A stretch of DNA of 64,000 bases from Alphaproteobacteria bacterium (GCA_964291215.2 OZ219791.1:1472001-1536000), one strand, 5' to 3'. Positions 1-10,511 are shown, counted from the stretch's first letter. The notes: generated by a model from the letters alone, not told the origin. Numbers and translations: made by a program.

Positions 1-1563
1 CTCAAGTGCCAGTATCACGGCTGGCGCTACGCCAACCGGACGGCGGGCTGCACCTACATCCCCGCCCACCCGGCCGACGCGCCGGCGCGGACGATCTGCA
101 ACCGCACGTTTCCGGCGGTCGAACGCCACGGACTGGTATGGTCGGGCGAAGCGCCCGAAGGCGATGTCCCCGACCATTGCGGGTTCGCGGAGCCGCTGGC
201 GCTGCGCGGCATCGCCGTCAACGCGCCTCCGGCTCTGGTCGCAGAGCATCTCGCCGGATACCGGTTCCTGCCGTGCGGACGGCTCGACGCCGACGACGCC
301 GACATCGATGCCACCGTCGTTTCTCCCTGGGCCGTTCGGCTGAACGCCTCCGTCGACGGCAATTCGACCGGCCTTCTGCTCCTGGTGCAGCCGGTGGATT
401 CGCATCGCTCCGTGATTCGCGGGGTGGTCGACCGGGGCGGCGGCGGTGCGCCGGACAGCGCAATCCTGCGCCACCACAACGGACGCCTTGGGGCATTGCG
501 CGACGTCATCGAGAGCGAGGCTGCGAAACTGGAGATGCCGGAGCCGCTGGAACCGACGGTCGAACGGTTGTCGCCTGACCTCGCGGGAATCCCGGAACCC
601 CCGAAAGGCGGCCGGCAGGCGGCGCTCCGCGTCGAGGTGGCGCGGAAATGGCGCGCTGCCGAGGGCATAAGCGGCTTTCGTCTGGTTCCGGTCTCGGGCA
701 TCCTGCCGACGTTCCAGCCCGGGGCCCATGTCGACGTTCACATGCCGAACGGCCTGATCCGGCAGTATTCCCTCGTCAATGGTCCTGGCGAGACCGACGG
801 GTTCGTCATCGGCGTGAAGCTCGAGCCCGAGTCGGCAGGCGGCTCGCTGTGCATGCACGAGGCGGTGCGCGAGGGTGACGTGCTCGCGGTCTCCGAGCCG
901 CGGAACAATTTCACGCTGCGCCGAGACGCAACGCGCTCGCTCCTGATCGCCGGCGGCATCGGGATCACGCCGCTCCTGTCGATGGCGCGAACGCTCGATC
1001 ACGGCGACCTCGGGTACGAACTTCACTATTTCGTGCAGAACGAGGAACAGATCGCGTTCCGCGACATCCTCGATGGCCTCGGCGACCGGGTCCGCCTGCA
1101 TCTCGGCCTCGGGGCAGCCGAAACGAGTGCGGCCCTCCGCCGTCTACTTGCCGACCGCGAGGATCGCATGCATGTCTATCTCTGCGGTCCAGGACCGATG
1201 CTGGAGGCGGCGAGGAGCGCCGCCGAACAGCAGGGTTGGCCCGACAAGGCGGTGCATTTCGAGTATTTCGCAAATCCCAACGAGATCGATGACCGTTCGT
1301 CCTTCGAGATCGACCTTGCGCGCTCGTGCCTGACGCTCAATGTGCCGGCCGGCAGGACGATCCTCGAAATCCTGCGCGAGAACGGCGTCGATCTTCCCTC
1401 GTCCTGTGAACAGGGAGCGTGCGGAACGTGCGCTGTCCCGGTCCTCGAGGGGCAACCGGACCACCAGGACGTCTATCTGAGCGATGCGGAAAAAGCCGCC
1501 GGCGACCGTATCATGACCTGCGTCTCGCGTACCGGATCCGACCGGCTCGTACTCGATATCTGA
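1..1563 (+). CDS. Rieske domain-fused PDR/VanB-family reductase (NdmD-like), 5' partial
   Basis: Frame +1 is open from base 1 (LKCQYHGWRY, Rieske CxxH motif) into the 385..1563 ORF with RQYSL, GGIGITP, YLCGP and the C-terminal SCEQGACGTC...C ferredoxin motif. Confidence 0.9.
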   Translation, partial: LKCQYHGWRYANRTAGCTYIPAHPADAPARTICNRTFPAVERHGLVWSGEAPEGDVPDHCGFAEPLALRGIAVNAPPALVAEHLAGYRFLPCGRLDADDADIDATVVSPWAVRLNASVDGNSTGLLLLVQPVDSHRSVIRGVVDRGGGGAPDSAILRHHNGRLGALRDVIESEAAKLEMPEPLEPTVERLSPDLAGIPEPPKGGRQAALRVEVARKWRAAEGISGFRLVPVSGILPTFQPGAHVDVHMPNGLIRQYSLVNGPGETDGFVIGVKLEPESAGGSLCMHEAVREGDVLAVSEPRNNFTLRRDATRSLLIAGGIGITPLLSMARTLDHGDLGYELHYFVQNEEQIAFRDILDGLGDRVRLHLGLGAAETSAALRRLLADREDRMHVYLCGPGPMLEAARSAAEQQGWPDKAVHFEYFANPNEIDDRSSFEIDLARSCLTLNVPAGRTILEILRENGVDLPSSCEQGACGTCAVPVLEGQPDHQDVYLSDAEKAAGDRIMTCVSRTGSDRLVLDI

Positions 1564-1570
1564 AGCGGCA

Positions 1571-2218
1571 ATGGCTCTCACGCTCTACGATTACGAACTG
1601 TCGGGGAACTGCTACAAGCTGCGTCTCCTGATGAACATTCTCGGAGTGGACTACGTCACGGTCCCGATCGACTTCTATCCGGGCCGGGAACACAAGTCTA
1701 CGGAATTCCTTGAGAAGAATCCGCTCGGGCAGTTGCCCGTGATCGATGACGACGGTTTGGTGCTGCGCGATGCTCAGGCCATCCTCGTCTATCTCGCCTC
1801 GAAGTTCGATCCGTCGGAGCAGTGGTATCCGGTCGGAGATGTCCGGCTTCTCGGCGAAGTCAGCCAATGGCTGGCATTCGCCGACGGCATCACCGCGACA
1901 TCTTCCGCAGCGCGGCTGCATGACGGCCTATTCTACGACTTCGACATCGAGGCCTGCCGCTCGGAAGCACATCGGCTGTTCCGGATCCTCGACGAGCAAC
2001 TGTGGTTTTCGGAGGCCGAGAATTCGGGCTGGATCTGCAGCGCCCGGCATCCGACGATCGCAGACATCGCCTGTTTCCCTTACGTGATCCTCTCGGAGGA
2101 GGGCGGCATCTCCCGGCAGGACTATCCGGCCATCCGGCGGTGGACAGACCGGATGAAGCGCATTCCGGCCTTCGTCGTGATGCCTGGCGTCTTTCCTGCC
2201 GGGCCCGACCGGACCTGA
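1571..2218 (+). CDS. Glutathione S-transferase family protein (NdmE-like)
   Basis: LYDYELSGNCYK, NPLGQLPV and PTIADIACFPY motifs; 7 bp after the Rieske reductase. Confidence 0.88.
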   Translation: MALTLYDYELSGNCYKLRLLMNILGVDYVTVPIDFYPGREHKSTEFLEKNPLGQLPVIDDDGLVLRDAQAILVYLASKFDPSEQWYPVGDVRLLGEVSQWLAFADGITATSSAARLHDGLFYDFDIEACRSEAHRLFRILDEQLWFSEAENSGWICSARHPTIADIACFPYVILSEEGGISRQDYPAIRRWTDRMKRIPAFVVMPGVFPAGPDRT

Positions 2219-2404
2219 CTGATTGTCGCAGCGAAATGAGCGACAGCAACCATTGCTGTCCGCCGGATTCCCGGTTCTTCGGCTGGACGCCGGGGTCCCC
2301 GGACGGTAGGAACAGGCAATTCGTTGCCCAACGCCTTGAGGCGACGCCAAAGGCAAGCCAGCATCCGAAATCCGGTCGCGAACGCGACGACGGACGGACG
2401 AGAC

Positions 2405-3490
2405 ATGACCGACGGAAAGCTTGAGAGACTGATCGGCCATGCGCCGGTCAAGGACCTCCGGATCGCACGCGGCGGTTCCGGACTGACCGGTCCCGGCATG
2501 TCATTGCCCGGCGAAGGCTCCGTGCTCGTGATCTCGACCCGGTCGCAGAGCGCCGCCGCGAAGAGGATCATCGGACGACTCGGCCCGCGGTTTGGCGCAT
2601 GGATAGGCGAAGCGGTTATGCATGTTCCCGAAGCCGACGCAGATCGGGCCGTAGAACTGGCGTCGCAGTGCGGCGCCGGAAACGTGATCGCGATCGGTGG
2701 CGGCTCGGCTATCGGCCTCGCCAAGGCCGTCGCCCTTCGGAAGACCGTCGCCATCGTCGCGATCCCGTCGACTTATTCCGGATCCGAGATGACGGACATC
2801 TGGGGAATTACGCAAAAGGCGGGCAAGGTCACCGGACGGGACACACGCGTCGTGCCGGCGGTGGCAATCTATGACGCCGAGTTGATGCGAACACTGCCGC
2901 CGACAATCGCCGGGCCGAGCGGCATCAACACGATCGCCCACTCGGTCGAGGCGCTCTACGCCCAGAACGGGACCCAACTGCTTTCGGAAATCGCCGAGGA
3001 AGGCATCAAGCGGATGGCGGCGGCGCTCCGGGTGATCTGCGGGCCCGGGCGCGAGACCGACGCTCTGGAGCCAGCGCTCGACGAGGCAATCCTCGGCACC
3101 ATCCTTTGCGGAAGCGCACTGGCAAAGGCGACGATGGGCATACATCACAAATTGTGTCACGTCCTCGGCGGAACCTTCGGCCTGCCGCACGCGGAAACCC
3201 ACACCGTGATCCTCTCCCATGCAGCGGCCTACAACAGCGAGGCCGCGCCGGAGGCCATGGACGCCATATGCCGCGCGCTCGGTTCTGATTCCGCGCCCGC
3301 GGGCCTTCAGGAACTCGCACGCGAGGTCGGCGCACCGACCAGTCTCAGCGACATAGGCTTCAAGGAACGAAATCTCGACCGGGCTGCTGACATCGCAACA
3401 GAATCGCCGTATTACAACCCGCGTCCCGTCGATCGTGGCAGCGTCCGCGCTCTGCTCGACGACGCGTTTCATGGACGGGATGCAGCCTGA
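2405..3490 (+). CDS. Maleylacetate reductase / iron-containing alcohol dehydrogenase family
   Basis: GGGSAIGLAKA, PSTYSGSEMT, HHKLCHVLGG, PHAETH, NPRP motifs. Start placed at ATG 2405. Confidence 0.85.
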   Translation: MTDGKLERLIGHAPVKDLRIARGGSGLTGPGMSLPGEGSVLVISTRSQSAAAKRIIGRLGPRFGAWIGEAVMHVPEADADRAVELASQCGAGNVIAIGGGSAIGLAKAVALRKTVAIVAIPSTYSGSEMTDIWGITQKAGKVTGRDTRVVPAVAIYDAELMRTLPPTIAGPSGINTIAHSVEALYAQNGTQLLSEIAEEGIKRMAAALRVICGPGRETDALEPALDEAILGTILCGSALAKATMGIHHKLCHVLGGTFGLPHAETHTVILSHAAAYNSEAAPEAMDAICRALGSDSAPAGLQELAREVGAPTSLSDIGFKERNLDRAADIATESPYYNPRPVDRGSVRALLDDAFHGRDAA

Positions 3491-3522
3491 AGGCGTGTTC
3501 GAAACCCGGGAGATCAAAAGAC

Positions 3523-3987
3523 ATGGCCGAAGCCAGACCGAAGACCGAAATCACCATGAGGATGTCCGCCAGCTGCCCGCACCACGCGCGGAGCGATATC
3601 AGCGTGCGGGACCTTGAAAGCGTGATTGACGAACCAGCCGAACGCGGCGGCACCAATCTCGGCCTCACGCCCACCGAGACTCTGATCGCATCGCTCATCG
3701 GCTGCACGAACGTCATCACGCAGCGGATCTCGGAAGGTTACGGGCTTCACATCGATGCCATGAACATCGACGCCCAGGCGCAATTCGACCGGCGCGGCGT
3801 CATGCTCCAAGAAGAGGTCGGTGTGCCGTTCCCGGAGATCACGCTGACGATCTCGATCACGACTCCGGATGCGGCTGCGGATTTCGACAAAGTCCGCGCC
3901 GATCTTGGAAAGTTCTGTCCGATCGCCAAGGTGATCCGCCAGTCGGGCACCGTCATCAACGAGAACTGGGAGATTTCCGTGTCCTGA
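3523..3987 (+). CDS. OsmC family protein
   Basis: DEPAERGGTNLGLTPTE, GC and CPI cysteine pair. Confidence 0.85.
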   Translation: MAEARPKTEITMRMSASCPHHARSDISVRDLESVIDEPAERGGTNLGLTPTETLIASLIGCTNVITQRISEGYGLHIDAMNIDAQAQFDRRGVMLQEEVGVPFPEITLTISITTPDAAADFDKVRADLGKFCPIAKVIRQSGTVINENWEISVS

Positions 3988-4030
3988 ACCGGCGCGGAAA
4001 CTCCGCCCGCAACGATCCGTGGAAGATGAC

Positions 4031-4654
4031 ATGGTACGGATAACACCGGTTGTGCGCGAGAACGCGCCAGAGCTCGAGGATGTCTTCCAGCACGCGGAAA
4101 AGGCGCTCGGTTTCGTGCCCACCAGCTTCTTCGCCATGTCCCGGGCCCCCGACATTCTCAGCGCCTTCACGCGACTGTCGCGGGAAGTGATCGGAATACC
4201 CGGCACGGTTCCGCTGCCGCTCAAGCGCATGGTCGCCTACATGGCCAGCCGCTCCGCTGGCTGCCAGTACTGTTCGGCGCACACCGCCGAGTCGGCCGCT
4301 GCCGTCGACGGCGTGGCGCCGGAGAAGATCGCCGCGATCTGGAGCTATGAGACGAGCCCGCTCTTCGACGAGGCGGAACGGGCCGCGCTGCGGATGGCTC
4401 AGGGGGCCGGTGCCTCTCCCAATGCGGTCTCGGACGACGATTTCGACGACCTCCGGAAGCATTTCGACGACGATCAGATCGTCGAACTCGTTGCCGCTGT
4501 CTGCCTGTTCGGCTGGCTCAATCGCTGGAACGACACCATTGCGACGGATCTTGAGGAGCGGCCGCTCGAATTCGGCCTGGCGAACCTGACCGGAAGCGGG
4601 TGGACGCCCGGCAAGCACGCGCCCATCGACGACCGCCGGGAGACGCGCTCTTGA
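4031..4654 (+). CDS. Carboxymuconolactone decarboxylase / AhpD-like peroxidase family
   Basis: GCQYCSAH CxxC motif, ERAAL, FDDDQIVEL. Confidence 0.85.
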   Translation: MVRITPVVRENAPELEDVFQHAEKALGFVPTSFFAMSRAPDILSAFTRLSREVIGIPGTVPLPLKRMVAYMASRSAGCQYCSAHTAESAAAVDGVAPEKIAAIWSYETSPLFDEAERAALRMAQGAGASPNAVSDDDFDDLRKHFDDDQIVELVAAVCLFGWLNRWNDTIATDLEERPLEFGLANLTGSGWTPGKHAPIDDRRETRS

Positions 4655-5493
4655 ACCACACGCCACGCGAGGGCCCCCAGGGTCCGGACGCCTACCCGTC
4701 CCTTGACGGCCGGTCGGTCATCGTGACCGGCGGCGGCCAGGGGTTGGGGCGGAGCATGGCGCTCGCCGAACGCGGTGCCAACGTCACCATCGCCGTGGCA
4801 CGCGAGACCGAGACGCTCGACAATACTGTCAACGACGCGGCTGGGCTTCCCGGCACCGTCCAGGGCATCCGAGGAGATATCCGGAGTCCCGGAGACTGCG
4901 CCGATATCGTCCGCTTCGCCCTGGACAGCTTTGGACGCATCGAGGCACTGGTAAACAACGCCGCACGCGGCACCTACTACGTGAGCGAAGCCGCCGGCGG
5001 TAGGGGAGCCAGGTTCTGGGAGGCGGACCGCGACCGCTGGGCGGAAGCGCTGACCATCAACGTCATCGGCACGTTCCACATGACGGCGGCCGCAGCGCCC
5101 CACATGACGGCGCAGGCATTCGGCCGCATCGTCAACGTTTCGACCAGCGACCGGTCGATGGTCCGCCCGACCAACACGCCCTACGGTCCTTCAAAGGCGG
5201 CGCTCGAATCCATGAGTAAGGCGTGGGCCGGGGAGATCGAGGAACATGGCGTGACCGTGAACATCCTGCTGCCGGGAGGGGCGGCGGATACACGGATGGC
5301 GACCGGGGTGACCCGCAGGCCGCTTCTTCCCGCGGGCATCATGAACGCGGCAATTCTGTGGCTGTGCTCGGACCGGTCGGGCGGCCATACCGGCGGCCGC
5401 TATATCGGCGAGGACTGGGACACGGGCGCGGAACCGGACGACGCCGCATCGGGAGCCCGCCAGCCATCGCACGATCTGCCGGCGATCATGTAA
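4651..5493 (+). CDS. SDR family oxidoreductase
   Basis: TGGGQGLG, NNAA, YGPSK; TTG start overlaps the upstream stop. Confidence 0.85.
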   Translation: MNHTPREGPQGPDAYPSLDGRSVIVTGGGQGLGRSMALAERGANVTIAVARETETLDNTVNDAAGLPGTVQGIRGDIRSPGDCADIVRFALDSFGRIEALVNNAARGTYYVSEAAGGRGARFWEADRDRWAEALTINVIGTFHMTAAAAPHMTAQAFGRIVNVSTSDRSMVRPTNTPYGPSKAALESMSKAWAGEIEEHGVTVNILLPGGAADTRMATGVTRRPLLPAGIMNAAILWLCSDRSGGHTGGRYIGEDWDTGAEPDDAASGARQPSHDLPAIM

Positions 5494-5514
5494 CCCGAAA
5501 CGCCCGGCCCGATC

Positions 5515-5838
5515 CTACCGGACGGTGGATTTCTCGGTGGGCGTGATCCGCGTCACGACCATGGCGTCGCGGTCAAGCATCTCGGGAAGACGTGGAGCGA
5601 TATCGTTCTTCCAGAAATCGCTCTCGTATACCGCTTCGTAGAGCCTTTCGCGCTCGGCCTCGCTCTCGAAACGCCGCAGCCAGATATAGACCGAGTCGTC
5701 CGCCTCGCCGCGGAAGCTCCCGCAGATGACGGCGCCCTTGGAGACTTGGAACGGGATAATCTCGTTCTCCATGACCTGCAGCCATTGATCCATCTTGCTG
5801 GGACGGACCTTGTACTGGCGAAGTTCGTAGAATGACAT
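5515..5838 (-). CDS. NIPSNAP family protein
   Basis: FYELRQY start, YIWLRRFESEAER, 107 aa. Confidence 0.85.
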   Translation of the reverse strand: MSFYELRQYKVRPSKMDQWLQVMENEIIPFQVSKGAVICGSFRGEADDSVYIWLRRFESEAERERLYEAVYESDFWKNDIAPRLPEMLDRDAMVVTRITPTEKSTVR

Positions 5839-6021
5839 TGCTGATCTCCCGCAGGATTTGGACCGGCCTCAGCGGCCCGGGAAGGTGCAGCCGGACATTG
5901 GATCCGGACGTGCCCCGGCGCATGGCTAGCAGCCAGCCGGAAGTGTGACGGCGGAGCGCCGAACTCGCCCGTCCGGCAATGAAGAACCCGGGAGCTGCAA
6001 TCGGGACCCCCGAATGGAGAA

Positions 6022-6098
6022 TGGTCGGAGTGAGTGGATTCGAACCACCGGCCCCTGCCTCCCGAAGACAGTGCTCTACCAGGCTGAGCTACACTCCG
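6022..6098 (-). tRNA. tRNA-Pro(CGG)
   Basis: Reverse complement CGGAGTGTAGCTCAGCCTGGTAGAGC...TTCGGGA...GGTTCGAATCC...CCGACCA; 77 nt with encoded CCA. Confidence 0.97.
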
Positions 6099-6349
6099 AT
6101 CCGCTGGCGTTATACCGGCCCGTCGTAGAGTTGGCAACATGCCGGCGTCAGGGCTTTTCTTTTGTCATGTTTCGTCCGACGAGGGGGCGTTGTAGGCAGA
6201 TCTGGAGGTCCATTCGGGGGCGGATTTCGTTGTCGATATGCCGGTTCCGACCTTGAGACGGTGCCACCAACTTCAAGAACGGCCACTCTGACACGGTTGT
6301 CCGCCGCCGATCGCGACAACAGAATGGTCCTGATGTCGGCGTCCGGTTC

Positions 6350-6375
6350 CAGGATGTTCCCACGCTAAATTCTGT
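6350..6375 (+). mobile_element. Isolated ISAs1-type terminal sequence
   Basis: CAGGATGTTCCCACGCTAAATTCTGT closely matches the reverse complement of the ISAs1 end at 62036-62061 (CAGGATGATCTTACGCTAAATTCTGT). Confidence 0.7.
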
Positions 6376-6416
6376 GTATCTGCTCACCCCGCCTCTACGG
6401 AGGGGTGAGCAGATAC
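6376..6416. mobile_element. 41-bp mini element made of two IS66-type terminal inverted repeats
   Basis: GTATCTGCTCACCCC-11 nt-GGGGTGAGCAGATAC, perfect 15-bp IR; same end family as 29699/30607 and 42770/47196. Confidence 0.75.
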
Positions 6417-8305
6417 CGACCAAGTATATCGGCGGGCACGAAAATTCGATCGGTGGGCTGATCGTGGACGGCAGCAACTTCCCGTGGGACGAGTTCCCCG
6501 AGTACTAGTAGTCCACCGATATTGCATTGATGATTTTTTGTGGGTAGTGTTCCTGTGTCGGCATCCGTTGGAATCTGGACAGTGTCGATATCCACACGGG
6601 TAAGATGCCGAACAGGCAGGCAGCCCCATGCGCAGGTCCGGACAACGGGCATGCTCGCAGGTCTTCGGCGCAATGACAGGAGCGTGGCCAACTCTCAGGG
6701 CAGAAAGCTCTACCGGGTGACCCTTTCAGCGCAGGAGCGCCAGGATCTGAAGGCGATCGTCGACGGCACCGGGGCTGCCTGGCGTCGGCGCCGGGCACAA
6801 ATCCTGATGCTGAGGGGCGCTCGGCTTGTCGATGCCGACATTGCGCTGGGCATCGGCACGGCGACGGTCGAACGCTTGCGCTGCGTCCTGGAGGAGCTGG
6901 ACGCAGCCCTCAGCCGCAAGGAGCAGGTGAACCGTCGGCCAAAACGGGGGCGATGGAGGCGAAGCTGATCGCCCTGCTCGTCCCCGCCCGAGGGCTGTGC
7001 CCGCTGAAGCTGCTTGCCGGCCGTCTGGTGGAGATCGTCGAGCGCATTTCGGAAGAGACGGTCAGGAAGACGCTAAAAAAGAGATCAAGCCGTGGCTAAA
7101 CTGGTGCATTCCACCGCACCGGAGCGCACAGTTCGTGGCGGCGGATGTGCTTGACATTTATCAGCGGGACTTTGCCGGGGACGAGGTGCTGGTGTGCGAG
7201 ACCAGCCGGCAGCAGACGAAAAAAACTCGCATCCCCCGGTCAGCCGGAGGTGGTCGACTATGAATATGAGCGCAACGGCACGGCCAACCTCTTCATGGCC
7301 TTTGCGCCCAACGAGAACTGGCGCACGGTGAAAGTCACCGACCGCCGCGGGACTGGACGCACTTCATCCGGGAGCTTGCCGACGACCATTTCCCCGACAA
7401 GAAGATCGTGCTGGACAATCTGAACACGCACAGTCCCGCATCACTATATGAAGCCTTCGAGCCCGAGGAGGCGGGTACGAAAGCGGTTCGAGTTTCGCTA
7501 TACGCCGAAGCATGGAAGCTGGCTCAACATGGCCGAGATCGGCGCGCTGTCGCGGCAGTGCCTTCGGCGACGCATTCCCGACCGTGACACCATGCGGCGG
7601 GAGACGGCAGCATGGGTGGAACGGCGCAATGCGGCCGATGTCACTGTCGACTGGCGTTTCACGAGGAAGGATGCCCGGACGAAACTGAAGTCTCTATATC
7701 CGTCAATACAATAATGTTAGGCTACTAGCCCGCCTTGAACACCCCGGATCCTTCCTATCACGGCGCTGTTCGGGTGGAGGCGGTGAAACCGATCGGACCG
7801 GCCTCCTAACATCATCAAGGCGCGCACCACGCTGCTGCGCGATCTGGAACGCGCTGTCGCCGTTCAGCGCGTTCCAGATCATCCAGGGCTTCGAACGCTG
7901 GCGCTGCGCGTCCGCGAGCACAGTTGCAACGCGCAGGCGGTGGCCGACCATCTTGCGGGCTATGCGACAGGGGCGAACGTGATCCATCCGAGTCGGCAGG
8001 ACGGCGAGTCTAAGGTGCCGTGCCGACACCTACCTCTCCGGTGGCTGTGGCGGGCTGGTCGGGTTGGAACTCAGGGACGGACGGGAGGCCGGACGCCGCT
8101 CTATCGACGCGCTCATGATGTTCTACCATGTCGCCGATATCGGCGTTGTCCGCTCGCTCGCGGTCTATCCGGCGAGCACGACCCACAGCCAGCTGTCGCC
8201 GGAAGACTAGCTGGCCTCGGGCGTATCGGACGGTTGCGTCTGACTTTCCGTCGGGATAGAGCACATCATCACGGACCTCGACCAGGCGCTCGCTCGCGCC
8301 GACGC
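6417..8305 (+). pseudogene. metY: O-acetylhomoserine sulfhydrylase remnant, 5' truncated and split by IS630
   Basis: TKYIGGHENSIGGLIVDGSNFPW before the IS; PALNTPDPSYHG, IIKARTTLLRDL, ALSPFSAFQIIQG, YHVADIG, PASTTHSQL, LSVGIEH after it, with stops and frameshifts. Confidence 0.85.
6505..7728 (+). mobile_element. IS630 family element, degraded
   Basis: CTAG at both ends with IRs (ctagtagtccaccgatattgcattga / tcaatacaataatgttaggctactag); fragments DYEYERNGTANLF, DNLNTH, YTPKHGSWLNMAE. Confidence 0.9.
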
Positions 8306-8481
8306 CTGGCCCTGCCGTTCCGAGAGCGGCGCCGCCACGCCGCGTTGCAGGCCCGGCTCTTGGGAGGTCGATGTCGACATTTCGGAACGGCGGATATTGA
8401 CGTCGGGCGACGATGCCCGCACTATCGATTCCGGCATGCGCAGGCACGGTCGGCGCGGCGGAAACGGGGAGGAGGGGAACC

Positions 8482-9096
8482 ATGCCGAGAGGCGTGATCG
8501 ACCATGACGGGCTGCAAGCGCCGGAAACTCGCGCACTGCGTGCTGCGGAGCCGCCCCTAGGCATGCCGTTCGAGATCAGGAAGATCGGCCACGTGGTGCT
8601 GATGGTGCAGGACATCGAGCGATCAGTCGACTTCTACACCAGAATTCTCGGTTTCCGGGTTTCGGACGTCTATACGGATTCCATGATGCCTGGCCGCATG
8701 GTGTTCATGCGCTGCAACGCCGACCATCACGGCGTGGCGCTGATCGGCGGCGCCCGGGAGCCGGCCAACAGCAACGAACTCAATCATCTCGCATTCGAGG
8801 TCGCGAGCCTCGACGAGGTGCTGCGGGCGCGCGAGCATCTGAAGGCCAACGGTGTGAAGATCATCTTCGACGGTCGTCGGCGCGCCGGCTGCCAGGTCGC
8901 GGTCGAGTTTCTCGATCCCGACAACCATGTCCTCGAGATCTACTGGGGCATCGACCAGATCGGCACCGGTGCCGACGCGCGCGCTCCGGAAGGTTGGCGC
9001 GAAGAGATGTCGCTCGAGGACGCAATCGACAATCCGCCGGCCGGCCAGGACACGAGCCTGCGCGATCCGTCGCTTCGGGCCCGCCGGAGCGGTTGA
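8482..9096 (+). CDS. VOC (glyoxalase / extradiol dioxygenase) family protein
   Basis: KIGHVVL, DHHGVAL, NHLAFEV, DPDNHVLEIYW; strong SD GGAGGAGG before ATG 8482. Confidence 0.85.
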   Translation: MPRGVIDHDGLQAPETRALRAAEPPLGMPFEIRKIGHVVLMVQDIERSVDFYTRILGFRVSDVYTDSMMPGRMVFMRCNADHHGVALIGGAREPANSNELNHLAFEVASLDEVLRAREHLKANGVKIIFDGRRRAGCQVAVEFLDPDNHVLEIYWGIDQIGTGADARAPEGWREEMSLEDAIDNPPAGQDTSLRDPSLRARRSG

Positions 9097-9188
9097 ACGC
9101 AGGCGAGCGGGCGGCAGGGGTCCGCACTGTCCCGCCCGGCGTGGCTGGGTTATATTAGGCGCTCGTCAAGCCGATGCGATGATGACAC

Positions 9189-10511
9189 ATGGTTTCTGCG
9201 CCAGAACTCGGCCCTGCTGCCCTTGTCCGGCCCGGCCGGGTACACCGCCGCATCTACAGCGATCCCTCGATATTCGAACGGGAAATGAACTACGTGTTCG
9301 GCCGGGCATGGATATATGTCGGCCATGAAAGCGAAATCCGGGAACCCGGCGATTTCGTAAGGACGCGGATCGGCCGCAAGCCGATGGTAATGACCCGCGA
9401 CGAGGACGGCCGGATTTGCGTTATCCACAACCAGTGCGCGCACCGCGGCGCCATGGTCGTCGCCGAAGATCGCGGCAATGCGGCCGAGTTCGTCTGCTGC
9501 TATCATGGCTGGACTTATGGCACCGATGGCAGGCTGGCGCGGGTGCCGCTCCGGCACGGCTATCCGCAGGACTTCGATCCCGAAGATCCGCGGACAGCTA
9601 TGGTCCGCGCCCCCCGGGTTGCCAGCTATCGCGGCTTCGTGTTCGCCTCCCTCGCACCCGACGGCCCGCCGCTCGAGGAGTTCCTCGGACACATGACAAC
9701 CTCGTTCGACGACATGGTCGACCGCGCGCCGGACGGGGAAATCGAGGTTGCCGGTGGCATCTTCAAACACGCCTATGACGGCAACTGGAAGCTCTATCTG
9801 GAGAACCTGTGCGACGCTGCGCACCCGCTTTTTGTCCACCAGTCCTCGATAGCCGCCGCGCACGATCAAGACGAAGATGTCCATACCGACGGTTTCGGCG
9901 AGATTGCCGTGCGTCAGATGCGCCAGAACGGGGCGCCCTACAAGTTCTGGCAGGAGCAGGTCGGCATCTGGACCTACCCGAATGGGCATTCCTTCCTTGG
10001 CGACTATCATGACGACGAGAAACTCGTCGCCGCCAGGCGCGATCCGGTCTTTGCCGACTATATTGCGGCACTGGAGGCGAAGAAGGGCACGGATGAGGCT
10101 CGGCGTATTCTCGAAGTGACGCGCTGGAATTCCAATGTCTATCCCAACCTGTCCTTCATGAGCCAGTTCCGGCAACTCCGCGTCATCCATCCAGTTACAG
10201 TGAACCGGACCGAAGTCCACACCTATTCCTTCCGCCTCAAGGGGGCGCCGGAAGAGATGTTCGAGAACACGATCGCGTTCGCAAACGTCACCAACGGCAC
10301 CGGCTCGCTGGTCCTGACCGACGATCTCGAGACGTATGGCCGCATCGGCGACGGGGTCACGAGCGAAGGTGCGGAATGGATCGAGGTCGGGCGCGGATAC
10401 ACGACCGACCTGCCCGACGACCATGGCGGTATCCGGGGCAGCGACTCCACGAGCGAAGTTTATATCCGGAACATGTATGACGCCTGGCTCGGCTACATGG
10501 CCGCGGCATGA
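9189..10511 (+). CDS. Rieske aromatic ring-hydroxylating oxygenase, alpha subunit
   Basis: NQCAHRG...CCYHGWTY Rieske motif, NWKLYLEN..D..H....H iron site, DDLE. Confidence 0.93.
   Translation: MVSAPELGPAALVRPGRVHRRIYSDPSIFEREMNYVFGRAWIYVGHESEIREPGDFVRTRIGRKPMVMTRDEDGRICVIHNQCAHRGAMVVAEDRGNAAEFVCCYHGWTYGTDGRLARVPLRHGYPQDFDPEDPRTAMVRAPRVASYRGFVFASLAPDGPPLEEFLGHMTTSFDDMVDRAPDGEIEVAGGIFKHAYDGNWKLYLENLCDAAHPLFVHQSSIAAAHDQDEDVHTDGFGEIAVRQMRQNGAPYKFWQEQVGIWTYPNGHSFLGDYHDDEKLVAARRDPVFADYIAALEAKKGTDEARRILEVTRWNSNVYPNLSFMSQFRQLRVIHPVTVNRTEVHTYSFRLKGAPEEMFENTIAFANVTNGTGSLVLTDDLETYGRIGDGVTSEGAEWIEVGRGYTTDLPDDHGGIRGSDSTSEVYIRNMYDAWLGYMAAA

Noticed and set aside
6022-6098. tRNA-Pro as an island integration site
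   Set aside because: No integrase and no duplicated tRNA 3' end were noticed; the IS debris lies on the 5' side.
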